From the IMG/VR virus record IMGVR_UViG_3300030380_003294: a stretch of DNA of 64,000 bases, one strand, 5' to 3'. The notes beneath the pieces are model-generated. The model had not been told where the DNA came from. It did no database searches and was given only the letters and a program-made list of their open reading frames with translations. The translations under genes were made by a program, and so were the position numbers. This document shows, piece after piece, positions 32,084 to 41,165 of the stretch; position 1 is the first letter of the stretch, and each line of letters starts with the position of its first letter. The DNA is from a virus.

Positions 32084-34117
32084 TTACGAGAAACAGGTTG
32101 ATGTGTTTAGACCACCGCTGTTATCAATCGGGGCAACCTCTACAACTGCAGGGGTTGAGTCAAATATCGTTGGTGTCAAACTATTTAGAGGGACAGAGGC
32201 AGGTGGTGTAGTACCAATCGGTGCTACTGTTACTTCTGGAGAAATAACATTGATAATAGTTCCAGGTGTGGAAGCAGGAATAGTTCCACTATTAGCAGGA
32301 ATAGTAACAACAGGGATCTTAAGATCTCCAGGAAGGAGTGAAGGATCCGTGACACTACCTGTACCAGTAACACTATCGGTAACGTTGACTGATGAGGTAG
32401 AAGGAGTATTTGTTCCTGTACTAATTACATTTACTGGTCCAAAGCAAACTTCACCAGTATCGTAGTTGACCGTGCCGATTGTATTGTTCGTGTATACCTT
32501 CTTAGTACCTGTATTGTAGAAAGTGCGTAGATTTCCGTATCCATCGTCTTCAAACTGCTGATCTACACCAGGGCGATCCGCAGTTCGGAATGTTCCTGAT
32601 AACAGGATAGGTTCTTTCTTACAATCTCCGTTATCACCGTCTTTAGAAGGTGCGGAGTTATAAAGTCCACTACCAGTGCTAACGCAGTAAGTATTAGTTT
32701 GATTACTGTTTGGATAGATGTATTTAAGATTGGTTGTTTGTAGTGAAACGTCAGTAATAGCGTTATTAGCAAGAGAGATCGCTTTCTCGTATGCAGATCC
32801 TCTAAACGTTGAGTTGAAGTTATTGATCTGAGTTTGAGTTGCCCAGTCAGTGATTGCATTCTGAATATCGGTCTTAATCTGAGAAGAACTGCTTCCTGCT
32901 CCAGTATCATATAGAGCAAAGATCTTAGTATAGATGTAGATGTTATCAGGATCGACTACAACAGGGTCAATCGATGCCATGGCATACTTCCTAAGGTTAG
33001 CAGAGATTTCCTTCTTTGTAGCGTCATTTAGAAGGGATCCAGTCTTAGTTTTGATAGCAATGAATACTTTTCCATAAATGGGAGGATTCAAACTATCTCC
33101 ACCGTATGCAACAACGGAATCTGCGTTATCGTAAATTCTTTGAGTAATTAGAGCATAATCCTGTGCTGTAACTGCTCTGTATTGGGAAGAGTAGTATCTT
33201 GGTGCATTGTACTTGATAGATTCAATGCTTTCCGCATCAGAACCCATCTGAGAACGATGTAATACCTCAAGAGTAGTATTAGCACTTGAAACGATAAGTC
33301 CAGTAGAGTCTACAACACTTCCAATGAAGTTAAAGACCTTAACTTCGTTTGCTGCCTTACCAGAAGTGACCAAATACTCAAGTTGAACAACTTCTCCGTC
33401 TTTTAATGCTCTACCAACACTGTCATCACCAAATCTAACCTCGAAGCGCATATCTTCGCCTTCAGAAAGGAAGTATGCACGGGCATTCGCGGATAAACCA
33501 GTAACAGTATCTACAAGATTGTAAATATCCGCTGCTGTCGCGGTCTCGTTTGCCTTTACACTGACTTTAAGTGTTGCAAGGTCCGCTTCTGCAGATGGAA
33601 TAGTATAATTCTGTCTAGCAAAGGTATTAACGATGTACTGGAAGTTTACAAGTTGACCTTCATAGATACAAACCTCTGGAAATATTGCGATACCAGTTGT
33701 AGGACTAACTTCAATAGTAGTGTCTCTTGTAATGTTCCAAACAAAGTTACCACCAGTAGCAACTGCACCTTTTTTTACAGTTACGCTACTTGGATACACT
33801 CCGTTTGTTTGTGCTGTCTGAACTTCGAGTTTTACAGACGCTCTAGATGAAATAACACTTCTTGGAGTGTAATTCATCAACTTGGCAATATTAACTACGT
33901 TATCTCTAACAGTGGATGATGGTAAAAATGCCTCATTCAATGACATGTTGGCATTGAACGCTGAATAGTAAGTATTATAAGCAAGTGCATCAACCATATA
34001 AGACAATGCAGAACCGTCAAAGTCATAATCCGTGAACTCTGTGCGGGTTCTTAGGTATGATTTGATACTTGCTTTGACATCCTCAAAGTCTAGTGCTGTT
34101 AGATTGTTTGGTTGCAT
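32084..34117 (-). CDS. gp6: Baseplate wedge subunit, T4 gp6-like
   Basis: 677 aa with LDFEDVKASIKSYL..FTDYDFDGSALS..LAYNTYY, and ESIESIKYNAPRYYSSQYRAVTAQDY. Confidence 0.92.
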   Translation of the reverse strand: MQPNNLTALDFEDVKASIKSYLRTRTEFTDYDFDGSALSYMVDALAYNTYYSAFNANMSLNEAFLPSSTVRDNVVNIAKLMNYTPRSVISSRASVKLEVQTAQTNGVYPSSVTVKKGAVATGGNFVWNITRDTTIEVSPTTGIAIFPEVCIYEGQLVNFQYIVNTFARQNYTIPSAEADLATLKVSVKANETATAADIYNLVDTVTGLSANARAYFLSEGEDMRFEVRFGDDSVGRALKDGEVVQLEYLVTSGKAANEVKVFNFIGSVVDSTGLIVSSANTTLEVLHRSQMGSDAESIESIKYNAPRYYSSQYRAVTAQDYALITQRIYDNADSVVAYGGDSLNPPIYGKVFIAIKTKTGSLLNDATKKEISANLRKYAMASIDPVVVDPDNIYIYTKIFALYDTGAGSSSSQIKTDIQNAITDWATQTQINNFNSTFRGSAYEKAISLANNAITDVSLQTTNLKYIYPNSNQTNTYCVSTGSGLYNSAPSKDGDNGDCKKEPILLSGTFRTADRPGVDQQFEDDGYGNLRTFYNTGTKKVYTNNTIGTVNYDTGEVCFGPVNVISTGTNTPSTSSVNVTDSVTGTGSVTDPSLLPGDLKIPVVTIPANSGTIPASTPGTIINVISPEVTVAPIGTTPPASVPLNSLTPTIFDSTPAVVEVAPIDNSGGLNTSTCFS

Positions 34118-34536
34118 TATTCGGGTCTCTGTAAGACAAAGGATATAGACTCAACAACAGGTAATCCAACAATCTTGTACTCGATCTCGATGTTAATCTT
34201 ATTGTTAGCAACGATTGGAGTAACTACGACTCGTGTTAGGTTTACTCTTGGTTCATACTGTTTAATTGTATTTATTATCTCTTCCTTGATTGCATCTGCG
34301 GTAAATGCATCTAATGGTTCAAAAAGTAACTCATTTACTCTTGAACCAACCAGGGGTTGAAAGGGTTTTTCACCAGGAACAGTCAAAACTAGATTTTTGA
34401 CTGCCTGTTTGATAGCATTATCGTTTTTCACGCTATAAACGTCATTCGTAAAAGGATTTAGTGGCAAAGCAATATTGAGATCTGCGAAATTACGAGATCT
34501 CTTGAAATTTTGCCCTTTTATGTCCTTTAACGCCAT
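34117..34536 (-). CDS. gp25: Baseplate wedge subunit, gp25-like (GPW/gp25 family)
   Basis: 139 aa with AIKQAVKNLVLTVPGEKPFQPLVGS..LLFEP..IKQYEPRV. Adjacent to gp6. Confidence 0.92.
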   Translation of the reverse strand: MALKDIKGQNFKRSRNFADLNIALPLNPFTNDVYSVKNDNAIKQAVKNLVLTVPGEKPFQPLVGSRVNELLFEPLDAFTADAIKEEIINTIKQYEPRVNLTRVVVTPIVANNKINIEIEYKIVGLPVVESISFVLQRPE

Positions 34537-34667
34537 TTGCTATGAGGTCTTTCTTTTTTGTCGGGGTTTGCTTTCTCTATGTAGGGTGTAAGATTGTAAT
34601 CTGTAACTAAACCTACAGTTCCATGAGTTTCCTTCATGTACTTTGGATCGCGATCGGGATTAATCAT
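34527..34667 (-). CDS. Small hypothetical protein (46 aa)
   Basis: Hand translation MINPDRDPKYMKETHGTVGLVTDYNLTPYIEKANPDKKERPHSKWR. Below the ORF-track cutoff; overlaps the gp25 start. Confidence 0.7.
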   Translation of the reverse strand: MINPDRDPKYMKETHGTVGLVTDYNLTPYIEKANPDKKERPHSKWR

Positions 34668-34720
34668 AAAAGTTCAATGAGTAGTACATTAGAACTTTTT
34701 ATGGGGTTGCTATCCCAATC

Positions 34721-34727
34721 TATTTAT
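34721..34727 (-). promoter_or_regulatory. T4-type late promoter (ATAAATA) followed by a structured leader
   Basis: tatttat at 34721-34727, then GGGATAGCAACCCC and an AAAAGTTC...GAACTTTT hairpin. Confidence 0.65.
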
Positions 34728-35275
34728 CAACCTCCGATGAAAACATTCTTACTTGATCCAGAAACTACACTTAAACATGGGAAAGGAGTAGTACCATTTC
34801 CAAATGGGTCTGCAAATCTACCTGCACGCCTACCGTTAATGAATACTGTCTTTGTAGTTGCAAAAAGTCTTCGAGCATGACCTGTTGATGCTTCTCTACC
34901 TGCAGCGGTTCCTAAAGTACAATGCCAAGCAGGAGTATTCCTCACCGTAAAGCATTTCTTACCAACAGACATCGTTTTGTGCTGTGTAAAGGTGGGATGC
35001 GGAACTAGATCATCCTGATCAATGATTGGGATTAGATTATTGATCATAACATTACGAACAATGGTAGTAGCAGGTTGTTGTGGCCAAGGTGTCCATGTTG
35101 CAAAATTATCCGCAATCGGCATTGCTCTAGTGTTGATCTGCGGTGCTAAGGAAGCATGAGGGCAAGGATTTGCAAAACCTCCACCTGGACCTGGTTGCCA
35201 GAGAACGCCATTTGCCTTACCATGTCCACTACATGTTCCCATGAATAGTGCTGCTGCTCCAGTCGCTCCAGTCAT
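34727..35275 (-). CDS. PAAR-like spike tip protein (gp5.4-like)
   Basis: 182 aa with CSGHG near the N-terminus, TVFINGRRAGRFADP and C-terminal VVSGSSKNVFIGG. These are PAAR-like repeats with Cys/His metal ligands. Confidence 0.75.
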   Translation of the reverse strand: MTGATGAAALFMGTCSGHGKANGVLWQPGPGGGFANPCPHASLAPQINTRAMPIADNFATWTPWPQQPATTIVRNVMINNLIPIIDQDDLVPHPTFTQHKTMSVGKKCFTVRNTPAWHCTLGTAAGREASTGHARRLFATTKTVFINGRRAGRFADPFGNGTTPFPCLSVVSGSSKNVFIGG

Positions 35276-35355
35276 TAATCCTCCTTTACGTCAAAGTAGT
35301 TAGAAACACATACACCCCAAAGAACAAATGCTCCAAAAAAGATTAAGTATTCCAT
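35275..35355 (-). CDS. Putative 26-aa membrane micropeptide
   Basis: MEYLIFFGAFVLWGVCVSNYFDVKED exactly fills the gap between flanking genes (adjacent to the upstream stop, TAATG overlap downstream). Confidence 0.5.
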   Translation of the reverse strand: MEYLIFFGAFVLWGVCVSNYFDVKED

Positions 35356-37968
35356 TTATGTTACCAAATAAGGGTTACCGTATACTCTAGTTGCTTTTGC
35401 CATGGTTTGTGCAGCATTAGTAAAGTCATTACGCATTATCATGTCCCCACTTGCACTCCAATTTTGACATCCTGGACCCTGAGGTACTTGTCCAAAGGGG
35501 AATGTGAATGTAGATGATGTAACTGCGCCAGTATTAGGATCTGTAACACTTGGTCTACTTGAAGCAGATGCGCTACAAGAGAAATGTGCTTTTCCTACAT
35601 TCTGTTGAGTAACTCCGAGTGTAACACGGATGTTTAACTGTTCCCTATTATCGGGTCTATACTGTCGTAATATGTATTTAGTTAGGTTTGACGCATATGG
35701 TAGTTCAGAGAAGGGTCCTTGTACTGTTTGAATAAAAGTCTCATCATATACCTTAATTTCTGGAATTACATCTTGAGTAAAGTCCTCAGTTAGGTTTTCA
35801 ATCGCTGTTCCTAGAGTTTCCATGTTATCTTTTGCTGCTTTCTTGAAATTTTGTGCTAATGCACTAGGTCCTAGGTCAACTCCATCAATTTCCTTATAAC
35901 TTTGCTTTGGAAGCATGACTTCTTTGATAGATTTCATGTCTCCTCTTGAAAATTGCTTCTGAACCATGGTTTCTCTACGCTTACTCTTAGGATCTAACTT
36001 AATTTCGATGTTTGGTTCGACAACTTCCGTAACTTGCTCTGCTAATTTCTTCAAATCTTCCTTTCTTTGCGTATTATCTGCTAAAATCTCTTGAATTTTG
36101 GTCGAAGAGAGTCCATCAAACGCTTCTGCTGCGTCTGGGAACGTTTTATAGAAATTTTCGAGGTTATCAAACCCAAGATCGCGCAAAGATTCGTCTACAA
36201 ACTTTTCAGTTCGCTTTTTATGGATGTTTACTACGGAAATTTGAGGTAAATTGTTGCCACTATACCCGCTACCACCGTTTTTAATAGTAATTCCAGTCAA
36301 AACACCGTTTGTAAACTCCCCTTCAACCTCTGCAGGTGTTCCAGAATCAACATATGGTGCGGTAATACTTAATTGAGGTGTTCTTCCAAGCGTATCCCAA
36401 CCAGAACCGCCTCCATTTGTGTTAATAATTGCTCCAACTACCGTTCCATTAGCAACAACTGTCGAAACATCGGGTTGAATTAGAGTATTATAGACATCAG
36501 GAGCATTTTTATCAACAAAACCAGTGGCATATTGTACAGATTTCTCTGTAAACTCGTAAAGTCCACCAAAAAACCCAACATCTTTGATGCCATAACCTGC
36601 AATTACCTTCACATCATGGTTACGATTGCTTGTATAATCAGTATTTTTGGTAAAATCACTACCATTTCCATCAAGATAAGCAAAATGATAAGGGAAATAC
36701 CCTAGAGAAGGATCAAAATCACCTGCTACAGACGGTCCATGAAGGACACGAGTGATTGTATGACCATTTAATGTGTCACCAGAGCGTAAAAGATCACTAA
36801 TAGTTCCTGATTGTGATGGAATAGGTCCAACAGTAGTAATTTTAATCGTCAGTGTAAAGGTTGTAGTACTATTATCGGGATGAATATGGTCATGAGTGAT
36901 ATTAAAGGTATCATTTACAGCATATCCTGTGCCAGGTTGAACAATATCAAGCACTGTCCAACGTGTACCACTGAATACAGTAGGATCAACTGACTCATCT
37001 TTGATAGGTTCGATACGAATATTGACTTGAAGACCTGTTTTTCCTGCTGTTTCAAGAGTATATACAGTAAATGTGGTTGCGCCCTCATCGCCCGCTTGCC
37101 AAGTATTCTGGGGAGAGTCGAATTGAATACCCTCAAGTTCACCTTCGTTCCATGCATCAGAGTAATTTACCCCATCATAGGACACTGAGAGGTCCGTTAC
37201 ACCGTTTGGAATGGTAGTAGATAGGGAATTGTATTCAAATACGACTTTCTTACTACCTGTACCAATACCAAAGAGTGTGGGATGGGGGCAGTCGGGGTCG
37301 CCCGTATAATCGATATCCTGATCAATGGTATATGAACACTGTGTGGAAGCGGGGGTACAGGTAAATCCTGCACAAGGGTGACAGATGGTATTATTAATGC
37401 TGCTCGACGCCCCAGGAGTTGTTGTTACCTCACCTGTCTCTGGATCTGTAGTAGTAGTGCTAGGCAGTGTAGTCGTGGATTCCTCGTCCTCAATGATATA
37501 AGCAGCAATACCGACCTGACCTGAGTTACTTGTTATATCATACACATAAGCAAACCATGTATCACTCCCTTGAAACCCAAAGGAGAGTTCATTCGGGAAA
37601 TAATCATAGATTGCAACAGCACCATCACTACACTCAGAACAATCTGAAGAGGATTTAACTGCTTTACCACAGTTAGCAGCAGAAGCAGGTTGATAGAAAC
37701 TTCCAGGACTTGTCCCGAAACTGGAATCACCTTCCTCTAGACAGACAATCTGGGAAGGATACATCACTGCTTGTCCCTCAGCACCAGAGACATTCACAGC
37801 ATAGTTGTTTAAACTCAGACTGTTGCGTATAAAAGACTTCGGATACTCTTTATAAGACAATCCGATTGTTTGATCTGAAGGAGCAGGTACAAATCTAGGA
37901 CATCCGTTTGGATCATCGCATGGATCTGTGATTCGATCTGCTCTCCCATCGACTATTTTACATCCCAT
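35356..37968 (-). CDS. Hypothetical virion structural protein (870 aa)
   Basis: Long ORF with a Cys-rich N-terminus, GSGY/GTGY structural repeats and a charged helical C-terminal third. Confidence 0.75.
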   Translation of the reverse strand: MGCKIVDGRADRITDPCDDPNGCPRFVPAPSDQTIGLSYKEYPKSFIRNSLSLNNYAVNVSGAEGQAVMYPSQIVCLEEGDSSFGTSPGSFYQPASAANCGKAVKSSSDCSECSDGAVAIYDYFPNELSFGFQGSDTWFAYVYDITSNSGQVGIAAYIIEDEESTTTLPSTTTTDPETGEVTTTPGASSSINNTICHPCAGFTCTPASTQCSYTIDQDIDYTGDPDCPHPTLFGIGTGSKKVVFEYNSLSTTIPNGVTDLSVSYDGVNYSDAWNEGELEGIQFDSPQNTWQAGDEGATTFTVYTLETAGKTGLQVNIRIEPIKDESVDPTVFSGTRWTVLDIVQPGTGYAVNDTFNITHDHIHPDNSTTTFTLTIKITTVGPIPSQSGTISDLLRSGDTLNGHTITRVLHGPSVAGDFDPSLGYFPYHFAYLDGNGSDFTKNTDYTSNRNHDVKVIAGYGIKDVGFFGGLYEFTEKSVQYATGFVDKNAPDVYNTLIQPDVSTVVANGTVVGAIINTNGGGSGWDTLGRTPQLSITAPYVDSGTPAEVEGEFTNGVLTGITIKNGGSGYSGNNLPQISVVNIHKKRTEKFVDESLRDLGFDNLENFYKTFPDAAEAFDGLSSTKIQEILADNTQRKEDLKKLAEQVTEVVEPNIEIKLDPKSKRRETMVQKQFSRGDMKSIKEVMLPKQSYKEIDGVDLGPSALAQNFKKAAKDNMETLGTAIENLTEDFTQDVIPEIKVYDETFIQTVQGPFSELPYASNLTKYILRQYRPDNREQLNIRVTLGVTQQNVGKAHFSCSASASSRPSVTDPNTGAVTSSTFTFPFGQVPQGPGCQNWSASGDMIMRNDFTNAAQTMAKATRVYGNPYLVT

Positions 37969-38185
37969 TGACTTCTTTCTCCAACTTATCTAAACGTTGG
38001 TAGATATGATCGTAGTTTTCCTTTATATTTAAGTACTTTTCGTGTCCGTTTGGTTTATATAATATCTTTTCATGAAATGGCATTGTAGTTACATACTCTT
38101 CAATCTGTTTAATTCTATCTCCAAGGGAAAGTAAACACTCGTTGATAGTGTTCAAAGCAGTTACTACATCTTGTTCATTGTTCAT
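37958..38185 (-). CDS. Hypothetical coiled-coil protein (75 aa)
   Basis: ORF track; overlaps both neighbours. Confidence 0.7.
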   Translation of the reverse strand: MNNEQDVVTALNTINECLLSLGDRIKQIEEYVTTMPFHEKILYKPNGHEKYLNIKENYDHIYQRLDKLEKEVNGM

Positions 38186-38339
38186 TGCGTTTCTTCAAAG
38201 TAAAGGAGTCTTCCTCTATAGTGTAATCAAGTTCAGAGTTAACGGTCCAACCAAGTTCTTCACAAACCTCGTAAGGAATCGTAAGGATGAGATCACCAAA
38301 GTCGTCTTCTTCGAGTGTAGTGTAGAATCTGTGTGACAT
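38175..38339 (-). CDS. Small AbrB/MazE/SpoVT-like protein (54 aa)
   Basis: Hand translation MSHRFYTTLEEDDFGDLILTIPYEVCEELGWTVNSELDYTIEEDSFTLKKRNEQ. The G-x-L-x-L-x-IP-x-E...LGW pattern fits a swapped-hairpin fold. Confidence 0.65.
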   Translation of the reverse strand: MSHRFYTTLEEDDFGDLILTIPYEVCEELGWTVNSELDYTIEEDSFTLKKRNEQ

Positions 38340-38342
38340 ATT

Positions 38343-38546
38343 TCATAGGGGGTTCGTATTCTTAGAGGGGTGCATAGTCTTCCACCCCATCCATAGTGTA
38401 TATAGTGCTTCGGGATTTTTGGTTGTATACGCACCTAGGTACATATCTGCAACCTGATACATGTCAGTGTGTAAGCAATTCTCATAGTGTATTAAAGACT
38501 CTAGGCACCATGTACGAAGATCTTGAGGATAATCTCTGGAGGGCAT
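38343..38546 (-). CDS. Hypothetical protein (67 aa)
   Basis: ORF track; first gene after the non-coding boundary, preceded by TTAAATA at 38579-38585. Confidence 0.65.
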   Translation of the reverse strand: MPSRDYPQDLRTWCLESLIHYENCLHTDMYQVADMYLGAYTTKNPEALYTLWMGWKTMHPSKNTNPL

Positions 38547-38746
38547 TTTTTCTCTGGGAAATTTTTTGAATCTAGGTGTATTTAATAATTGAAATAATAT
38601 AACTCTCGCTCCTGGGTACCTTTGTAGGTTAGGGTAGTTAACCGTTTTAATATAAGGGCGCGATTTTAGGGCGAGAACCCGCGCTATGACTGCGATCTCG
38701 ACTGTTTATTATAATATATAAGAGACTGCGGTTAATTCATAACATT

Positions 38747-38770
38747 AAAAAGGGGGTTGTTTTACCCCCT
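38747..38770 (-). terminator. Rho-independent terminator hairpin
   Basis: Minus strand AGGGGG-TAAAACAA-CCCCCT-TTTT, located after the last early ORF. Confidence 0.65.
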
Positions 38771-38771
38771 A

Positions 38772-38800
38772 ATTATATCATTTTTTGGTGTGTCTGTCAA
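38772..38800 (-). promoter_or_regulatory. Sigma70-type promoter TTGACA-N17-TATAAT
   Basis: Perfect consensus: tgtcaa at 38795-38800 and attata at 38772-38777. Confidence 0.8.
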
Positions 38801-39136
38801 CTAGGCGAAGCACCCGTTGAAATTTACCTCGATTCCGTTTTCAAAATCTTTAACTGTTTTGTTCTGGTAGTCACCTACGAACCATTCCCAGTTTTTTTGA
38901 AATACTCCGAAACCTGTCGCAAACTCATAACATAGAGCGTTTAATCTGCTCTTAGTTGTGTTTGACTGCCAACCGCCATCGAATAAAACAACAGTGTTAT
39001 CTGTTACTGTTGCGATGTGATTGCCATGTAAAAAGACCTGTGCACCGTTGTCATCATGTGAAACAGAAGTGTTAGAACTGCTGAAGTTGTTACCAGTTCT
39101 GATTGCTCTGTTCATTTGTGCTTCGATCTTTCTCAT
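38801..39136 (-). CDS. Conserved cyanophage early hypothetical protein
   Basis: Start refined to MRKIEAQMNRAI (39136), just downstream of the early promoter. Motifs FLHGNHIA and DGGWQSNTTKSRLNA. Confidence 0.8.
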   Translation of the reverse strand: MRKIEAQMNRAIRTGNNFSSSNTSVSHDDNGAQVFLHGNHIATVTDNTVVLFDGGWQSNTTKSRLNALCYEFATGFGVFQKNWEWFVGDYQNKTVKDFENGIEVNFNGCFA

Positions 39137-39163
39137 GTGTGTTGCTTTGTTTGTTATGTACTT

Positions 39164-39221
39164 ATTATAACCCCCTAGCAACCCCTGTGTAGTCACCTTA
39201 TGCCACTTTGTCAACTGTCAC
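39164..39221 (-). promoter_or_regulatory. Early promoter copy 1 (22-bp palindrome, 30 nt, TATAAT)
   Basis: atgccactttgtcaactgtcac at 39200-39221; attata at 39164-39169. Confidence 0.85.
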
Positions 39222-39416
39222 AGGGCATTTGATTTCCATATAATAACCGATTGATTTAATATAATCAAATACGGATAATTTCGGCAATTCTTTATATCTT
39301 TCCCCTCTACGGTTTCTAACATCGTCCATAAAATGTTCCATGTCGTAAATTGATACAAACTCCCCTACAAGTTCGCATTCTTCGTTGTAAATTAGATAGG
39401 TCATTTTATTCTCCAT
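39198..39416 (-). CDS. Hypothetical protein (72 aa)
   Basis: ORF track; its 3' end overlaps the palindrome. Confidence 0.7.
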   Translation of the reverse strand: MENKMTYLIYNEECELVGEFVSIYDMEHFMDDVRNRRGERYKELPKLSVFDYIKSIGYYMEIKCPVTVDKVA

Positions 39417-39425
39417 TGTTTATAT

Positions 39426-39626
39426 TTAAGGGGTGTAAACATAATAACAATAACCTTCTGACATGAGATAATTTGCTGTCTTAGTTAACATCGGATCATC
39501 CCAACATTGATCGGTATCTAACAAGAATTGAAACAAAGAGATACCTTCATTTAGTGGGCATAATCCTTTCTCATAAAGTGTTAATAACTCAAGGTACTTT
39601 TGAGGTGCTTTGATGTTACTTAGCAT
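39426..39626 (-). CDS. Hypothetical protein (66 aa)
   Basis: ORF track; downstream of a sigma70-type promoter. Confidence 0.7.
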   Translation of the reverse strand: MLSNIKAPQKYLELLTLYEKGLCPLNEGISLFQFLLDTDQCWDDPMLTKTANYLMSEGYCYYVYTP

Positions 39627-39664
39627 TGATACTTAGAACCTTTGTTTGAAACCCTACAGTGTTA

Positions 39665-39693
39665 ATTGTACCAGAATTATAATAATTTGTCAA
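39665..39693 (-). promoter_or_regulatory. Sigma70-type promoter TTGACA-N17-TACAAT
   Basis: tgtcaa at 39688-39693 and attgta at 39665-39670. Confidence 0.75.
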
Positions 39694-39718
39694 GTCTATC
39701 TGAGTTTTCTGACAGATG

Positions 39719-39747
39719 TTGACTTTCGGTAAGTTGCGTGCTAAGAG
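39719..39747 (+). promoter_or_regulatory. Possible divergent plus-strand promoter TTGACT-N17-TAAGAG (extended TG)
   Basis: ttgact at 39719-39724 and tg-c-taagag at 39739-39747. No plus-strand ORF follows. Confidence 0.4.
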
Positions 39748-39946
39748 TACATTTAGTTGACACATTTAACACACTATTGTAAACACTTAGTGATTTTTTT
39801 AAGTATTTAACAATATTCACAAATTTCTACGGAAAGTAACATTTTTCCTTCTTACAGTTAATCTATAATAGTCCCATAAGTCTACAGTCAGTTCTTTACA
39901 CATAGTCCAAAATGTGTTAAACTCGTTGTTACTTACTCCCTGCGGA

Positions 39947-40189
39947 TTACTCTTCTTCATTGTTAGTTACCTCTTCAAAGTACCTATTCTGTTTATTACT
40001 TTTAACCATATCTTTCCATTGATGACTATACACTAAGAGGTTTACTTGTTGATACTTACTACATGCACCTATCTGTAATTCTTCTCTCTTTTCCCATTCA
40101 TTTAGTACTAGGGTTATATAATCTTTATCAATGAAATTAACGAACCCAAAATGTTCATTAAGTGAGTAATAATCGCCTTTTTGAAACAT
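39947..40189 (-). CDS. Hypothetical protein (80 aa)
   Basis: ORF track; tight packing. Confidence 0.7.
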   Translation of the reverse strand: MFQKGDYYSLNEHFGFVNFIDKDYITLVLNEWEKREELQIGACSKYQQVNLLVYSHQWKDMVKSNKQNRYFEEVTNNEEE

Positions 40190-40191
40190 AA

Positions 40192-40404
40192 TTAGATCTT
40201 TAAATAAGGGAACTGATTGTTATCGAAAAAGACTAATTCATTATGAACTAGACACTTTTCGTTTAAATGTTCATCATAGATAGCAACATTCTTTTTCAAC
40301 TGATTAGGGTTGAGTTGTTGTAACTTAGTGAGCAAATCTTCATAGGTCATTGTTGCCATTACGTTAGTAGTTTGTTCACTCCAAGGGATAAGATTCCAAG
40401 ACAT
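40192..40404 (-). CDS. Hypothetical protein (up to 70 aa)
   Basis: ORF track; the true start may be the internal MATMTYEDLL. Confidence 0.65.
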   Translation of the reverse strand: MSWNLIPWSEQTTNVMATMTYEDLLTKLQQLNPNQLKKNVAIYDEHLNEKCLVHNELVFFDNNQFPYLKI

Positions 40405-40446
40405 TTGAATTAATAAGTTAATACTACTTATACATGATTGCGGACG

Positions 40447-40653
40447 TTATTTATCACTTTCCGCACCAAGTTCATTTAGATCCGCAATAGTGAATAATTG
40501 ATAATCTTCCTCCAATTCTTTAATATCAAACTCCATCATGTAATGATCTAGATTAACACCTAATCGGGCAATTTCATTTAGATAAGATTGCATAACTTTC
40601 TTAGACTTGAAGTCATAAATGTTATGTTCTGTTGTCAAAGTTTGCTTAGTCAT
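40447..40653 (-). CDS. Hypothetical protein (68 aa)
   Basis: ORF track. Confidence 0.7.
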   Translation of the reverse strand: MTKQTLTTEHNIYDFKSKKVMQSYLNEIARLGVNLDHYMMEFDIKELEEDYQLFTIADLNELGAESDK

Positions 40654-40694
40654 TGTTAATTAGTGAGTAGAGTAAGTATAAAGAAAACAGGCGA

Positions 40695-41150
40695 TTATCT
40701 CATATAGAGATGACCACCTGCCCAGTCTGTATTGATTGGATTGTGTATATAATTTCTCTCTCTGATAATTCTCATATCAAATCTTACATGTTTAGCGGGA
40801 CTTTTCCATGATGCAGGTTTATATACCTGACCAGTTTTTTTATCAACAAATGCTGTTACTGATCCGCCAGAATGTCTAGGATCAACTTGAATAATCTTGA
40901 AATACTTTTTACCAGACTTGATTTCAAACTTAAGTAATTTCTCTGTACCGTCTTCGATACCTTTTAATTGCTGTTTAGCATAGTCTGATAAGTCTGCTCT
41001 AGGGTTAAGAATATTTCTAGAGTGCATATTAATACGATACTGCTTATAATTCTCAGTCAATGCATTTGCATATGCTTCAGTCCATTCTACAACTCTTTGC
41101 TCTAGAGTTTTTGTTTCTAATTCTTGAGTAGTTAGAGTTGTGATTGTCAT
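40695..41150 (-). CDS. Conserved phage early hypothetical protein (151 aa)
   Basis: Motif GKKYFKI...AFVDKKTGQVYKPASWKSPAKHVR, which I recall from many marine phages. Confidence 0.8.
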   Translation of the reverse strand: MTITTLTTQELETKTLEQRVVEWTEAYANALTENYKQYRINMHSRNILNPRADLSDYAKQQLKGIEDGTEKLLKFEIKSGKKYFKIIQVDPRHSGGSVTAFVDKKTGQVYKPASWKSPAKHVRFDMRIIRERNYIHNPINTDWAGGHLYMR

Positions 41151-41165
41151 AGTGAGAATAATAAA

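Noticed and set aside
38216-38434. 72-aa ORF from the track
   Set aside because: It overlaps the better-supported 38175-38339 AbrB-like ORF and the 38343-38546 ORF in other frames.
38547-39945. tRNA genes in non-coding gaps
   Set aside because: No cloverleaf or T-loop/CCA signature was found by eye.
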